64,000 bases of DNA, from the NCBI GenBank assembly GCA_030704615.1, contig CM060731.1:61132001-61196000 (forward strand). Direction: 5' to 3'. A program made the translations under genes and the position numbers. The notes under the pieces are model-generated. The model saw only the letters and a list, made by a program, of their open reading frames with translations, had not been told where the DNA came from and made no database searches. The first letter of the stretch is position 1. Each line of letters begins with the position of its first letter. The DNA is from Takakia lepidozioides. Taxonomy: Eukaryota; Plantae; Bryophyta. This document shows, piece by piece, positions 25,001 through 37,200 of this stretch.

Positions 25001-28000
25001 GGGTTGTGAGACCTGCTTGGGAGGGCTACTTGAGAGCTCTTATACTGGCTTGTCGACAACACACAATAGTTTCATCCAAGTTCATCCACAAAAATGGCAT
25101 TGTAGATAAAAATTAATGCAATCCCATGTAGGGTGCGTCGTTGTTTAGGGGTTAAGAGAGTTGTTGTTAAGGATTCTCAATTTAGATAAATAAGAGTACT
25201 TGCAACCATTTCTTAATTACTAAAGTTGCTATGTTGGGGATTTAGTGCTTTGGACACAGTGTGGCACATGCCTCTCAATGAAGCCTCATCATGCAAAATG
25301 CAACAAGGCTTTGATGAGCTAGCTGGTGATCGAACAATTGGATCAACCATTTTAAAAGAAGGCTCTCGGACCATTGTTGGTAAGTACCTAAAGGACATGC
25401 TTATATGCCAGTCTTTTCGATGTTGAATTGATGTGCTGAATGAGAGCACCCTAACAAGGGGCCCGGGTTTGAAGGGGGGTGTGAGGATTAGAGAGTGGTC
25501 CAGGAAGCGGGTGATATAGTAAGCTATACCACGACTTGAATTAGCAACCGTCATGCAGTAAGGGGGGTAAGAAAAAAGAAGACATGAAGCCGACAACTAT
25601 TAAATGGGAGAGGGTTTAGGCTGCAAATTGGGTAAGAAGGTGTGGCATGCCGGTTTCTAAGGCTCACACGTGTTGGCAACCTTCTAGAAGTGTCCCACCG
25701 CCCTGAGAGAGTATTTAAACGACCCCCCCCCCCCCCCCCTCCTAGTACTTACTAAGTTATCACTTACTAGTTAATAAGTGGTGGGCTCTGCAAGCGTAGG
25801 GCCCCCAAAAAAAAAACATAAACACGAATCATAGGTATATTAATTAATAGGGACAGCACACTAAGGTGAATAAGGCCATTTATATAGACTTGCGAGAGCC
25901 TTTCATGATGGTCTCCTAAAAAACATGTCTTTCATCACATAATTAGTAAAATAATATTGGCTAGCCCGGCCATGTGTAACTTGTGCATCATCATATTGGT
26001 TTGTCGACAAACCAACTCATGTACCAATTTCAAAATCAATATGTTTTTATCACATGTGCATGAAAGTAAGCAATGCATAGTCTATATAGTAGTTAGGTGC
26101 TTAAAAAAATATTTACTAACTCAATCCTAGTTGAACAAGTCGCATAAGCTAGTACGTTATTTAAGATTAAGTCCATGTTGCCCTTATCTTGGCTCCCTCC
26201 TCATGCTTTTGATTGTTGAAGAGTTTATTTTGTAGTGCCGAAGGCAGCTGGTGGCATTGCCACCTTCACATTCCATGAGCTTTGTGGCACTGCAAAAGGA
26301 GCGGCTGACTACCTTGCCATTGCATCCTCGTTTCACACTCTATTTGTTTTCGACATTCCTCGTTTGACCCGCTCCCACAGTGAAATGGTACATCTCACAC
26401 ATTGTGTTGCATATAGTTTTGCATATCAACTCTCTATAATGACCTCATAACATCGCCAATTGGATACATTGTCAATTGTTGACATTGAATAAGTTGTTTG
26501 CTATTCTCAAGAGTTTAGAACTCTACACCATTGCACTTATACTGAGAAGAGACATTAACCTTCATATCATCCATTTTGACATGTATTGATTCTAAAGTGT
26601 TAATATCCACTTAAGACATATTTTTAAAGAGCTGGGAATATTATAAGGGACATGTATGTACATGTTTTGGTTGTTTAATTGGTTTGTCACTAAAAGCCTT
26701 TTGAGAACGGATGTCATAGTGAGTTTTGGGAATGTGATTGCATTTTAAAATGATTATTAATTTGATCCCTGAACTGTAGGTAAGAAGATTCATCACGCTA
26801 GTGGATGTGCTATATGAGCAGGTATTATGCCGGTGACAATGCAGTCTGATAAAGCCATAATAATAGTTTAGACGGAGCTATAATACTTTAGCAAGAAAGA
26901 ATTTATTTTCTTTGATTTCTAAGTCCATTTTTATAATTAGTCAAGGTTCATGCAACTTTAGTCATCTAAAATATGTTACCATCCATCAACGTTGGCCCTT
27001 CAATCGTAGATGAAGCTAGCTTTCTTGGTTGAAGTATAGGGGGGTCATGTGATGCAGACAATTAAATAAAATTTTATGTAATGTTTCGTGCTTGTAGCGA
27101 GTGAAGCTGATTGTGAGCGCTGAGACCGAGCCTGGCAATATATATCAACCCAGGTGTTGACCCTCCGTAAATCTAAATAGTAGATCATACATGCATTTGA
27201 AAATATGCGCATTTAGGTCTGAGTTTTGTATTGCAATCTAACATACTAAGGTTTTATTATAAGTTGATGTTTCAAATATATCATTCCAACAAAACCTTGC
27301 ACTCTCAAGTCTCCTTGGAGGACGTGCGTATTTTAAAGAACAATTCTCTCATCTCTCATAGACAGTGATGTCAAAGAAAACAAGTGAGGTTGCAGGGCAG
27401 AAGATGAACAAGTCGCTATTGCTAAAGCTGCGAGTGGTAAAAATAAAGGAGTTGGCACTACACCATCTCCCTATGTGGAGAAAGATGAGGAGTTTGCATT
27501 TGCACGCACTGTGTCACGGTTGAACCATATGCAGACCACTGACTACCTCTCAACCGCATGGGCTGCCCCAGGCAAGGCCTTCATTTGTCACTTTGAAAGC
27601 ACTAAATTACAAGAACGAGACTTGCGTCGGTTAGTATTTTTCTGTGTGGTTTTATGTGAACCATTTCTGTTTTCTAGACTAATTCACATTACTTGGTGAA
27701 GTTACTCCCACGATTCTTTCTTTTGTAAATGGGGATCTCACAGAGTATCATGAGTGCATTATTATAATAGTATACCAATAAAACATTGTGAAAGTTGACA
27801 TTTCATTTAATGGTCAACTGTTGAAAATGATATCCTACATATTGTGCTAAGGTTAGGGTGTAACTGATGTTTATTATAAATAAGATGTAGTTATATTAAC
27901 AGAGACAATAATAACCAAAGTAGGGATACGGATTTTTATTTTTTTTGTTGTATACATGACTAACCTATAATTTGGTTGCCACTAAGGGAATGATATCTAG

Positions 28001-28478
28001 GCTAATGGGTCTAATATGTGTGTAACATATTGAAGGATTTGGGATCGGTACAACCTTGATTCAGACCAAAAACTTAGTAGGGATGAGCTTCTTTTGATGA
28101 TGGAGGATCTCACAGAAATCAAATCAGGGCACCGAAATGTTCCTAAGGTGACTTAAACATGAACATAAACATGACTTAAACATAAGGGGGGGGGACATGA
28201 ACTTTAGTGCTCTATTATGTCGATATATTAGAGTGTTGAGATTGTTTTCAGAGGCCCGTAATAGCAATTGTGAGCCCATTTCCTTGTTAATTTGAGCTAA
28301 TTCGGCTTGCCGCTATTTTTAACTGACCTTTCATCAACTTAGTACATTATTCTTCCAATTGTAGGAACTCCTAGAAGATATGTACCACAAGCTCGATGCA
28401 AATGGCGACGGGATTGTGGTTTGGGAGGAGTTTCGGGATTATTTTCTCCGATATGGTCTTCATGTTAGAACATTTTAG
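22051..28478 (+). CDS. AFG1/LACE1/ZapE-family AAA+ ATPase with a C-terminal EF-hand pair (~12 exons)
   Basis: Walker A GVYIHGGVGTGKS (22563-), RVHFHKFM, Walker B LLCFDEFQ|VTDIADAMIL, SNRAP, LYKNGLQRELFLP, F.ELC...GAADY, RRFITLVDVLYE and EEFAFARTVSRL..MQ are all present. In-frame exons 28037-28147 and 28365-28478 then encode two EF-hands. The start is taken as MARRG. Confidence 0.88.
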
Positions 28479-28869
28479 TCCAAAGGTGGGTTCCTCCTAT
28501 CATTAACTTAAACTGCTTTTCCAGTTGTTGCATTGCTGGCCCGTTATTATGGTGGGTTTAAGTTGATTCCCAGCCATGCATTTCTCCACTTTCTTCCACA
28601 ACTCCTCTCCTTCTACTATATTGATTATGCATCTCATTTATTTAACGAGTTTGTGTTCTATTATGTAACTTCGCATCTCGAGCTCTCCTTGAGATCTGCC
28701 AAACTCTAATTTTTCCTTCAATTTATTCACCTCTCTCATTGACCCTGAAGGTTTATCTTTCGGTAGGAAGGTGGACTCCCTTGTGACACCAATTGGTGGA
28801 TTGAACCCACATCCATTTCCGAGGTGATATGTGCTCATTACCACAAGGCTACAAAGTCTTGGTTGTCAA

Positions 28870-29100
28870 AGAAAAACAATAGATGGTGCAAAAAATTGGT
28901 TTGTGAGTTTGGAGTTCAACCGTTGAGTCTCATGTCGTTTTGTGTACATTAGGCTTGCCTCATTAACCAAGCCCGTGCACCCCTCCTCATCGAGGACTTT
29001 CCAACGGTACCGAGCACCATGGCTTGGGCCCTGCGGTAGGGGACATCTCAAATCTACAAAACAAAACAAAACAAAACAAATGTCTCGCTTCATATATTGT
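28870..29100 (-). mobile_element. Second, partial Helitron-like 5' end, head-to-tail with the neighbouring element
   Basis: 28965-29099 is a diverged direct repeat of 33117-33252, including the (CAAAA)n tract and gtctcgcttcatatattg. Confidence 0.6.
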
Positions 29101-29506
29101 CTAGGGTAGCCTGTGCCGTTGGCCCAAGTGTCAGTGTCATCTAAGCCCAAGTGCAATCTCTTATGTATGCAAGTGCGTCTCCTATGTCGAGGCCCAAGTG
29201 CAACCTCTAGGGTAGCCTCTGCTGTGGCCCAAGTGTCCGGTGTCATCTACGCCCAAGTGTGTCTCCTATGTATCCAAAGGCATCTCCCATGTGCGTCTCC
29301 CATGAACTTATTGAGTAGTAATATATCCTATCGTTATTGATATATCTCCCGTCTCTAGGGTAGCATGTGCAGTTGGCCCAAGTGTCCAGTGTCATCTAAG
29401 TCCGAGTGCAATCTCCTATGTATCAAGTACGACTCCTATGTCGAGGCCCAAATGCAACCTCTAGGGTAGCCTGTGCCATTGGCCCAAGTGTCAAATGTCA
29501 TCTAAG
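29101..29506. repeat. Four-copy tandem repeat (two pairs, ~106-bp period) of the Helitron-like 3' terminus
   Basis: Unit begins ctagggtagc(c/a)t.tgc..(t)tggcccaagtgtc..tgtcatcta; CTAG at 29101, 29207, 29355 and 29461. Confidence 0.85.
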
Positions 29507-29611
29507 TAAGTTTTTTTCCACAGAGCGTACGACCAGATTTGAATATGAGACCTTTCCTTTGATATCTCTCCCGGCTAATTTGGGAAACTCAGAGAACTTT
29601 TACAAGAAACA

Positions 29612-32600
29612 AACTTATATCATAGGCTACAGCCTTGCTAAACTCACCAGCCACCATTCGCCAAAAACTGTTTATCATATGTACCGTAATTAGGTCGTCT
29701 ATAGAATACTTGTTCCATGCAACCCCATTCTCAATCCCAGACATAAATGCATTAGACATGCACATTATACGATTATCAAAAAAAATGTGTGGTCTTCCAA
29801 ACAGTGCCCCTAGCGCACTGGTACAACTACCTCAAAACCTATATGACCTTGGAACTACAACCCTAGCTGAAGCATATGCTAGACACTGGGCACACAACTA
29901 CAAGAAGCTTTAAATGACCTTGGCAAACTTGGAAGCATTTATCAAGGACTTCTTCAACATGTCGCCTCTAAATTTGGAGGTCTAGATTAGCAAGTATATA
30001 TAGGAGGCGAAACTGGACACTCTTCAGTCTCGCCAACACCAGTTCAAGCTACTCTTGTTTCCAGTTCCCAGTACTTCAGTCCAGTTCCCAGTATCTGGTA
30101 CTCCAGTCCAGTTTCCAGCATTCTAGTATTCAAGTCATGTTCCAATATCTTGTACTCTTGTTCATTGTTATACAGATCGTCTTGATTCCTATTTATTCAT
30201 CGTGCATATGGCCACACCGACCTTGACTTCTTGTCTAGTCTTGTACCTCTAGTCTGATATCTTGTTTGTGTTCAGTCTTGTTCTCGTCCTTGACATCCGC
30301 CTCCTTGAGTGTCTTGGGTACTCAAGGGTGCTTCAGCCCCCGTACCTATTGTTGCCACTGCCCCCACCACATGGGCAGCCCCTCTTGTGTCCCGACCCCC
30401 TGCCCTCAAGGCAAAGGGCCGTGACACAAATAGTAGACCCCACAAACAAACCACCCTGAAATTCTTTATGCAGTATTTAATATATCTATAATTTTACAAC
30501 TAACAGATGCAACTGGAACCAAGCTTATCAACCCACACGTTTTTCGCCTAAAATACCCTAGACCATTAACGTGTTTCCAACATATCCACTTAGGTCACCT
30601 ATAAACCATTTTCTGCTACCCCACAACAATTGCCCCACAAACTGTGCGACTTCGCACCATCATCCATGGGAGCTTCTGCCTCAGTATCGCTCCCAACCTA
30701 CGCGCCCCCCCACTCACTAGACTGTTTGTCGCCCCCATATCTCTTCCAAGAGCCGCTCAACCTATAACTGCCCAAACAATGGATCCATAACAACCTGACA
30801 CAACCCAATCAGTACAAACCTTACTGGAACCCCACTATGAGCTTGAAGAAATACAAGGTATAGTTAAAAAAATGCGAGTGGACCAATATGGAGCCTCGTT
30901 CCTGATACTATGTACCTGTGTAAATGGAAATATAACTCTGACAAGAAAGCCACTTGGGAACATAATGACACCCTCTTTGATCGCCCATCAATACAACAAT
31001 TGCAACACAATATCCAAATGATAGCTGATTACTACTGCAGAACCAACATTAACTATTTAGCGCATATTCATAATCAACATATTGCGGAACTGCAAACTTC
31101 TGACAAACGTTTCATTAGCCCACCAAGAAATGTATCCAACCTACATATTTCTCTAGACGAGTGCAACCCAGACATCGATATTTTCTGCACCCACCCAAAG
31201 ATCCAGACCCGCGCTGACCTTGCCTACATATATGGACCACTAGGCTGCTACATTGGAAGTATATCACTTACTAGATTGAACTGGCTATGGGATATGTCCC
31301 ATTTAAACCCCCTACCTAGCTTGCAACCCCAGATCCCGCCAACATTTGAGACAAAAGTTTCCACACTTCTCCAGCGCTATGCTCAAGATTTGCCCCCCAA
31401 GTGTTCAACCACAACCAACAAGCTCTCTCTCGCACGTTCCCATTCAACCTTACCTATGGCCCTCCTAGACTTTCTTACAACAGAACTTAAACTCACTCAC
31501 TCATACTACTCTAACCCTCTCACATGCCCCATGGGGATGAAAAGTTACTCCAGCTTGTATAACGCAGACCAGTGTTTCGGCTCTCTAGGCTTGGCCAGAT
31601 CTCATCATTGGCAAGGTAGAGGATTTGCACACCCCCCGGACTACAGTACAGCTACCGAAGCAATCCATTGGGCAAGAATAGCTGCCCATATATCCGCGGA
31701 AGCCTTTACCGTATTGTACATCCCGTACAATAATCATAATAACACTGATCACCCTATGCTGGCTAGCCCCCCCGGAATGTTCACATTTGCTATATTTGAC
31801 CCACGTACAATCATCTATGAATCAACCCCATCATTACCAAAGTATATGAAATATCCAAAGCCATCACTAACTAACTAGTCTATGTACACCACTCAGGCAG
31901 CCCACAAATACCATATACTTTCTTTTCACAATTAAAGCAAATACTAAACTAGTTGTTTGGCCCTACTGCCATAGTCTATGAACCGCAACAAATGCCCCAC
32001 ATCTACCCTCGCATCAACCAAGACAAACCATGGAATATGGCCACCCCACGGCCACCTTGGTTAGCCCAACAACAATACCCATTTGGACAAATGCCGGACT
32101 TTACAAACTTAGCCCCTTTAAAATTCCCTCCCCACCAATGTGTATATACAGATGGCTCCCTAAAAGATGCACATGCAAGGTACGGTGCATACTCTCCCGA
32201 TAACAACTCAAGAACATACAACCGTCTTCCAAGTCGTCAAAATATTTTACGTGCACAACTCATGGCTATACATGATGCCTTGAAAGCACTACCATGTCAT
32301 CTTGGTTCGACCAGCTACTACCTGTTTACGGATAGCTTAGTCTCTTTGTATCTCCTCTCTAACCAAAACCTTAAACCCTCCTCCCAAATTCATCACCCTG
32401 ACATTTACCTCATTAAGGCCATCATAGATATTGTACACTCATCCCCAATACAAATTCATCTCTACAAAGTCAAATCCCATATAGGTATCACGGGTAATGA
32501 GATAGCAGACGAACTTACCCAACTTGGAACCATCCAACCTACTACACGACTGACCCTATTCACCTGACACACACATATCCATTCTGACTGACATCCACTA

Positions 32601-32980
32601 AAACTAGATTCCCGGACATAGCCCCCATTCGGGACCTGCATGCATATATGACAGAAGAAACTATGGATCAAATCCGTGCATCGCCCACCTATCTAAAACC
32701 CTACATATCCAAATGGGTTACGCCACCTCAGCTACTCTATCATTTGTCTAATCACTTCTGGAAATCTCCAATAATCACTGATGCCCAAATTAAACAAACG
32801 CTCCGATTTCGATACGGACAATACATGGGCAATCAACGATGTAATTTATTTTGGCCTCTATTATATCCTAACAAGCACTGCACGCTATGCTATTCCCAAC
32901 CCCCACGAGTAGACACATGGCCGCATCTTCTTCTCCACTGTAAGCATCCCATTATCCATGGACTTCACATTACTCGACAT
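29612..32980 (+). mobile_element. Degenerate Dualen/RandI-like non-LTR retrotransposon fragment: RT thumb, chromodomain, PCIF1-like MTase fold, RNase H, CCHC/RLE start
   Basis: Thumb-like segment QKLFIICTVIRSSIEY...KMCGLP...DLG (29635-29990). RNase H YTDGS...RAQLMAI...FTDSL...KVKSHIGITGNEIAD (32140-32530). CTLC...DTWPHLLLHC...HITRH (32879-32980) resembles the CCHC+RH motif preceding restriction-like endonucleases. Several stops and frameshifts. Confidence 0.8.
29991..30425 (+). mobile_element. Probable partial solo LTR inserted in the LINE fragment
   Basis: Interrupts the LINE reading frame, contains TATATATA and pyrimidine-rich short repeats, and ends ...gggccgtgaCA. The 5' TG end is not seen. 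Confidence 0.45.
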
Positions 32981-34294
32981 ATATATATCCCATCGAGGCT
33001 CCAACCATTGTCCTTGAATGCCCACTTTGCCATTTTTGCTATTTTTTGGGGAATTTCCAACGACCAAAAGCACTTGGAATTCGACATCTCCCACACCGCA
33101 GGTCCAAAAATCATGAGACCAAGCTGTGCACCCCTCCTCGTCGAGGGCTTTCCAACGGTACCAAGCACCAGGGCTGGGCCCGCGGTTTGGGACATCTCAA
33201 CGTGACAAAACAAAACAAAACAAACAAAACAAACGTCTCGCTTCATATATTGATGTGTGAACCTGATTTGACGATTTTCAACAATTTGATGCTGGAAATG
33301 GGGGTTTTTATAGGTGACGGTTTTAGGTGGGGGTAATGGAATTGGGCGAGGTTACCTCAGTTGGTTTCCAACATGTTTTTGGCCATGAAGATAACTGGCG
33401 ACCGCTGATCTTCTAGGTAATAGAGATAACCAGTCATCCATCTTTGATACCCCCATTGTGCAATTGAGAAATCATTCACCGCGTATCTCCACACCATTTC
33501 ACCCCATTTCACCTGTTTCATTCCCCTTTGTAGAAGCTAGAATGCATCAATCAATCACCGGTGCTTTTCGTGATGACATGTGTAATTCTAGAATAACCGG
33601 TGAATCTAATCACCAATTATCTTTTTTGTTTCTCTCTTTCCTCTTGAACCCCAAAAGCATGTTTGAAACTTGAAACCCACTAAGAAAAACTTGAAATAAA
33701 ATCAATGGAGAATTTATGGGCCCGGCTTATGGGTACCTTAGTACAGTTAGAAAGAAAGAAGAAAGAAAGAAAGGTCCCCCCTCAAGGACCTCACGTCTCG
33801 TATCCATCGCACTGATCCGCGTACAGTAAAGCATCGCATTGGAAGCACGCAAGAATCAGACATCAGACCCGCCTCCCTCGCACTGTAAAACTCGCTGTGC
33901 GTCGGTGAGGCGGCAGCGGCAGCTACGCAGAATGATACCTACTGCCAGGCATTGCTCATCCCTTCGTAGCTGAGGCGATATCTGTAGTAGCTGGCTCAAG
34001 GTGATGACTACCTTGCCGTCCATCACCTTCGTAGGGTTGCGGAGATAGAGATGTGAATCCCGTGATGGATCCCATGGAACCAATGAAATGCGTGTGCGGT
34101 AATAGGGAGAGATAGGATGGTGGGGCCACAGCAGATAAACCCCGCATGGCCGAGGGCTTCTTTTGCACCACTCGCTCTGCAGGGCCGTGTGGCCAACAGA
34201 CAGCAACACAAACCAACATTGCACTGAGTTAAACCCACAGGGGGAACTCACATCTCTCTTCTCTTGTCTTCAAGAGAGAGGGGGAGAGAGAGAG

Positions 34295-37200
34295 ATGGCA
34301 GCGATTGCAGACCCGTCTGTGTGGCTCAGGCCACACACTTGTCTGCATAAGTCAGGCCACAAAGTGCATGTAGAATCGAAGGCGCAGCAGGAATTTGACA
34401 GTAGATCGTCCAACATGGGTGTCCAAGAACTGCAAACAGGTATAATTGTGAGCAGGAGAGCGTGGATTGAATGCAGGGGGAGAGGGGTTGTGGGAGGTGC
34501 GAGGTGTGGGAGAATGCCGGGGGAGAGGTATGTGTGCCCGAGGGCAATCTCAGGTGGGAACCGTTCGGAGTTCATGGGGGCCGCCATTGTAGCTGGTGGG
34601 ATCTTGCATTCCAGGTCAGGAGAAGAGCGTGGGACGTTGTTGCGGAGCTGGCGCGGTCGATTGATAAGGACAATTTCGAGCCCCAGTTCGGGGTGTCGAG
34701 GTGTACGGGAGTCCCGGGGTAAGAGCGTGATAGTTTCAGCAGTGGTACAACAAGTTGTGGAAGAAGCTGCGTCCTCTTTGTTTGAGTCTGCTTTTGAGCT
34801 GGATTCCGCACCTCCTGCGGGGGATAGAGAGAAAGGGTCGTCCAAGAAGAAAAAGGACAACAAGACAGGGGCTTCGAGTGTTTCTTCAGGCGTAAGGCTG
34901 GAGCACATCAGCAAGACCTACAAGGACGCCGCAGTATTGAAAGATGTTAGCTGGGAGGTTAAGAAGGGGGAGAGAGTGGGGTTGGTCGGTGTGAATGGGG
35001 CTGGAAAGACAACCCAATTGAGGATTATTGCGGGAAAAGAAGAGGCCGATTCGGGGTATGTAGTAAAAGCAAGAGAGAACATGAATATTGCATTCCTTTC
35101 CCAGGAATTTGAGGTTGTGCGAAGCCGGACGCTGCGAGAGGAGTTCATGAGCGTGTACGCAGAGCAGCTCGCTATTTCTGGCAGGATTGAGAAAGTGCAG
35201 GTCAGTGCCTCTCCCTCTTTGCCTTTAGCTGACTGTTGGCAGTTGTTATCGCGTTCGTATCTAAATATTTATCCCCGCCAACGCCAAGAAACATTACTGA
35301 AACTTGAAGGCAGGTCTCTATTTTAAATTGGTTGGTGGGATTTCGTGGCCAATGACTGTGAAATACAGTTGCAGCAGGGAACCGACCCTATGTACAGTGG
35401 TAGAAAACTTAGTCTTGGTGACGCCATGACTATGTAATGCCACATCCTGGAAGGACCCAGAAAGTCTTATATATGGGTACAACCTCATTCTGGGGTTCAA
35501 GTTTGAACAAATTACGTCTTTGGTAGATTTCCAATGTAAGTCGGTGTAATGGTATCATATTCACAGAAAGGGCCAGGCTGTCAGATGGATAAAAAATGCA
35601 TGGGTGCAGGTGGCACTTGAAAGTGCAACAGAGGACATGGATTTGATGTCACGGCTGCTAGACGAATTGGACGGGTTGCAAAAGAAGGCAGAGGCTTCAG
35701 ATCTTTACAATGTTGATGTCAAAATCAACAAGATGATGCCAGAATTGGGTTTTTCAATGGAGGATGGGGATCAGCTAGTAGCTGCCTTCAGTGGGGGCTG
35801 GCAAATGCGCATTGCTCTGGGAAAAATTCTCCTACAAGTAAGTACTTTATCATCCTTATCTTTTTAGCTAGCTGTTTCTTTTTTTGCATGAAAAGAAGAC
35901 AGACAGGATGGGTGGTGGATGAAGTGCAATCCTCATTTGTACTGGCTGACTGTATCACACCTTTGTTGGATGCATGTCTTAACTGACCGTGTTGGTACGC
36001 GAACAGGCTCTAACTTATTCTCTGTTCCAGGAACCGGATCTGCTATTGCTGGATGAGCCCACAAACCATCTGGATCTGGACAGCATTGAGTGGCTAGAGG
36101 GGTACCTCAAAATGCAAGATGTGCCCATGGTCATCGTCTCTCATGATCGAGCCTTTCTTGACCAGCTCTGCACAAAGATTGTGGAGACTGACATGGGTGT
36201 ATCGCAAACATTTCCAGGGAATTACAGTGAATATATGCTTGCCAAGGCAGCTTGGATTGAGGCCCAACACATGGCATGGGAGAAACAACAGAAGGAAATT
36301 GCACGCACTGAAGATTTAATCCAACGGCTTAGTAGTGGTGCTAATTCTGGTCGGGCTGCATCTGCTGAGAAGGTATGGTTGAAGGATAGGGCAAGGGAAC
36401 CACACATTTGTACTGTTGTGTTTGAAGTGAACTCTGATCTGTAGGCCTGTCTGTGCTTAAAGCCCAATGATTGGTTTGAGAAATAATTGATAAACTAAGC
36501 CAATCGGTATTTTGCTGTATGAACTAACAATTGTTTATCTTGGCAGCAACTTGAGAAAATTCAAGATGGACAGCTGGTTGAGAAACCCTTTGAGCGGAAG
36601 ACTCTGAAGTTCCGTTTCCCAGAGCTGGAGCGGAGTGGAAGAATAGTTGTCAACATTAGAAATTTGTCTTTCCAATTTGCAGACAAGGTATTATACTCGG
36701 GAAGGAGACAGCTTTATGTGGGTACATCTATGTTTTAAATTTTTTTTTGTTTCAGATAAGTTGAAAAACTGGTAACCCATTTTCTTAGTTGAAAGGGATA
36801 ACTGTAACCACACCCATTGTCACATCCACCATCTGGCGAGATGAAAGTGAACCAGGTGTTTGTGAGCTTGCTAGTGTGCCTTGTATGTGACATTGAAGTA
36901 TCTTTCTGTTTTGACTCGTATGATTGGCTTTCGGAGATTTTATTAGTTTACTGGGAATTGATGTACACTTTTCTACAAGATAGTTTATCCATTTTGGACT
37001 TTTGTTTATAAACATTTCAAAAAACTACAAAAAGACAAGTACTTTTGGTGACAACGGTGTCTCTGGTGCTCCTTTGATTGTCACAACTGTGTGTGACAGG
37101 GAGGGTATTGAAGCACAAAATTTGTTCCATTGGTTTGGTTTCTGGGCAGGTCTTATTTGATAATGCCAAGCTGCTGGTGGAGCGAGGTGAGAAGCTAGCC

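Larger units (their letters stand above)
29101..33253 (-). mobile_element. Non-autonomous Helitron-like element enclosing a LINE fragment
   Basis: The minus strand starts A|TCAATATATGAAGCGAGAC(GTTTT)n at 33253 and ends in a GC-rich hairpin plus CTAG at 29101. The 3' unit is repeated with CTAG at 29101, 29207, 29355 and 29461. Confidence 0.62.

Noticed and set aside
25421-25810. GC-richer block with poly-C in an AFG1 intron, possibly a solo LTR
   Set aside because: It starts TGTTG, but no matching CA end or TSD could be identified.
29101-29506. CRISPR-like array
   Set aside because: The intervening sequences are themselves repeated, there are no cas genes, and the context is eukaryotic. Repeated Helitron 3' ends explain it better.
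34270-34914. 214-aa minus-strand ORF and similar antisense ORFs over the PPR, LINE and BUB1 regions
   Set aside because: These are shadow frames of real coding sequence, with no motifs of their own.
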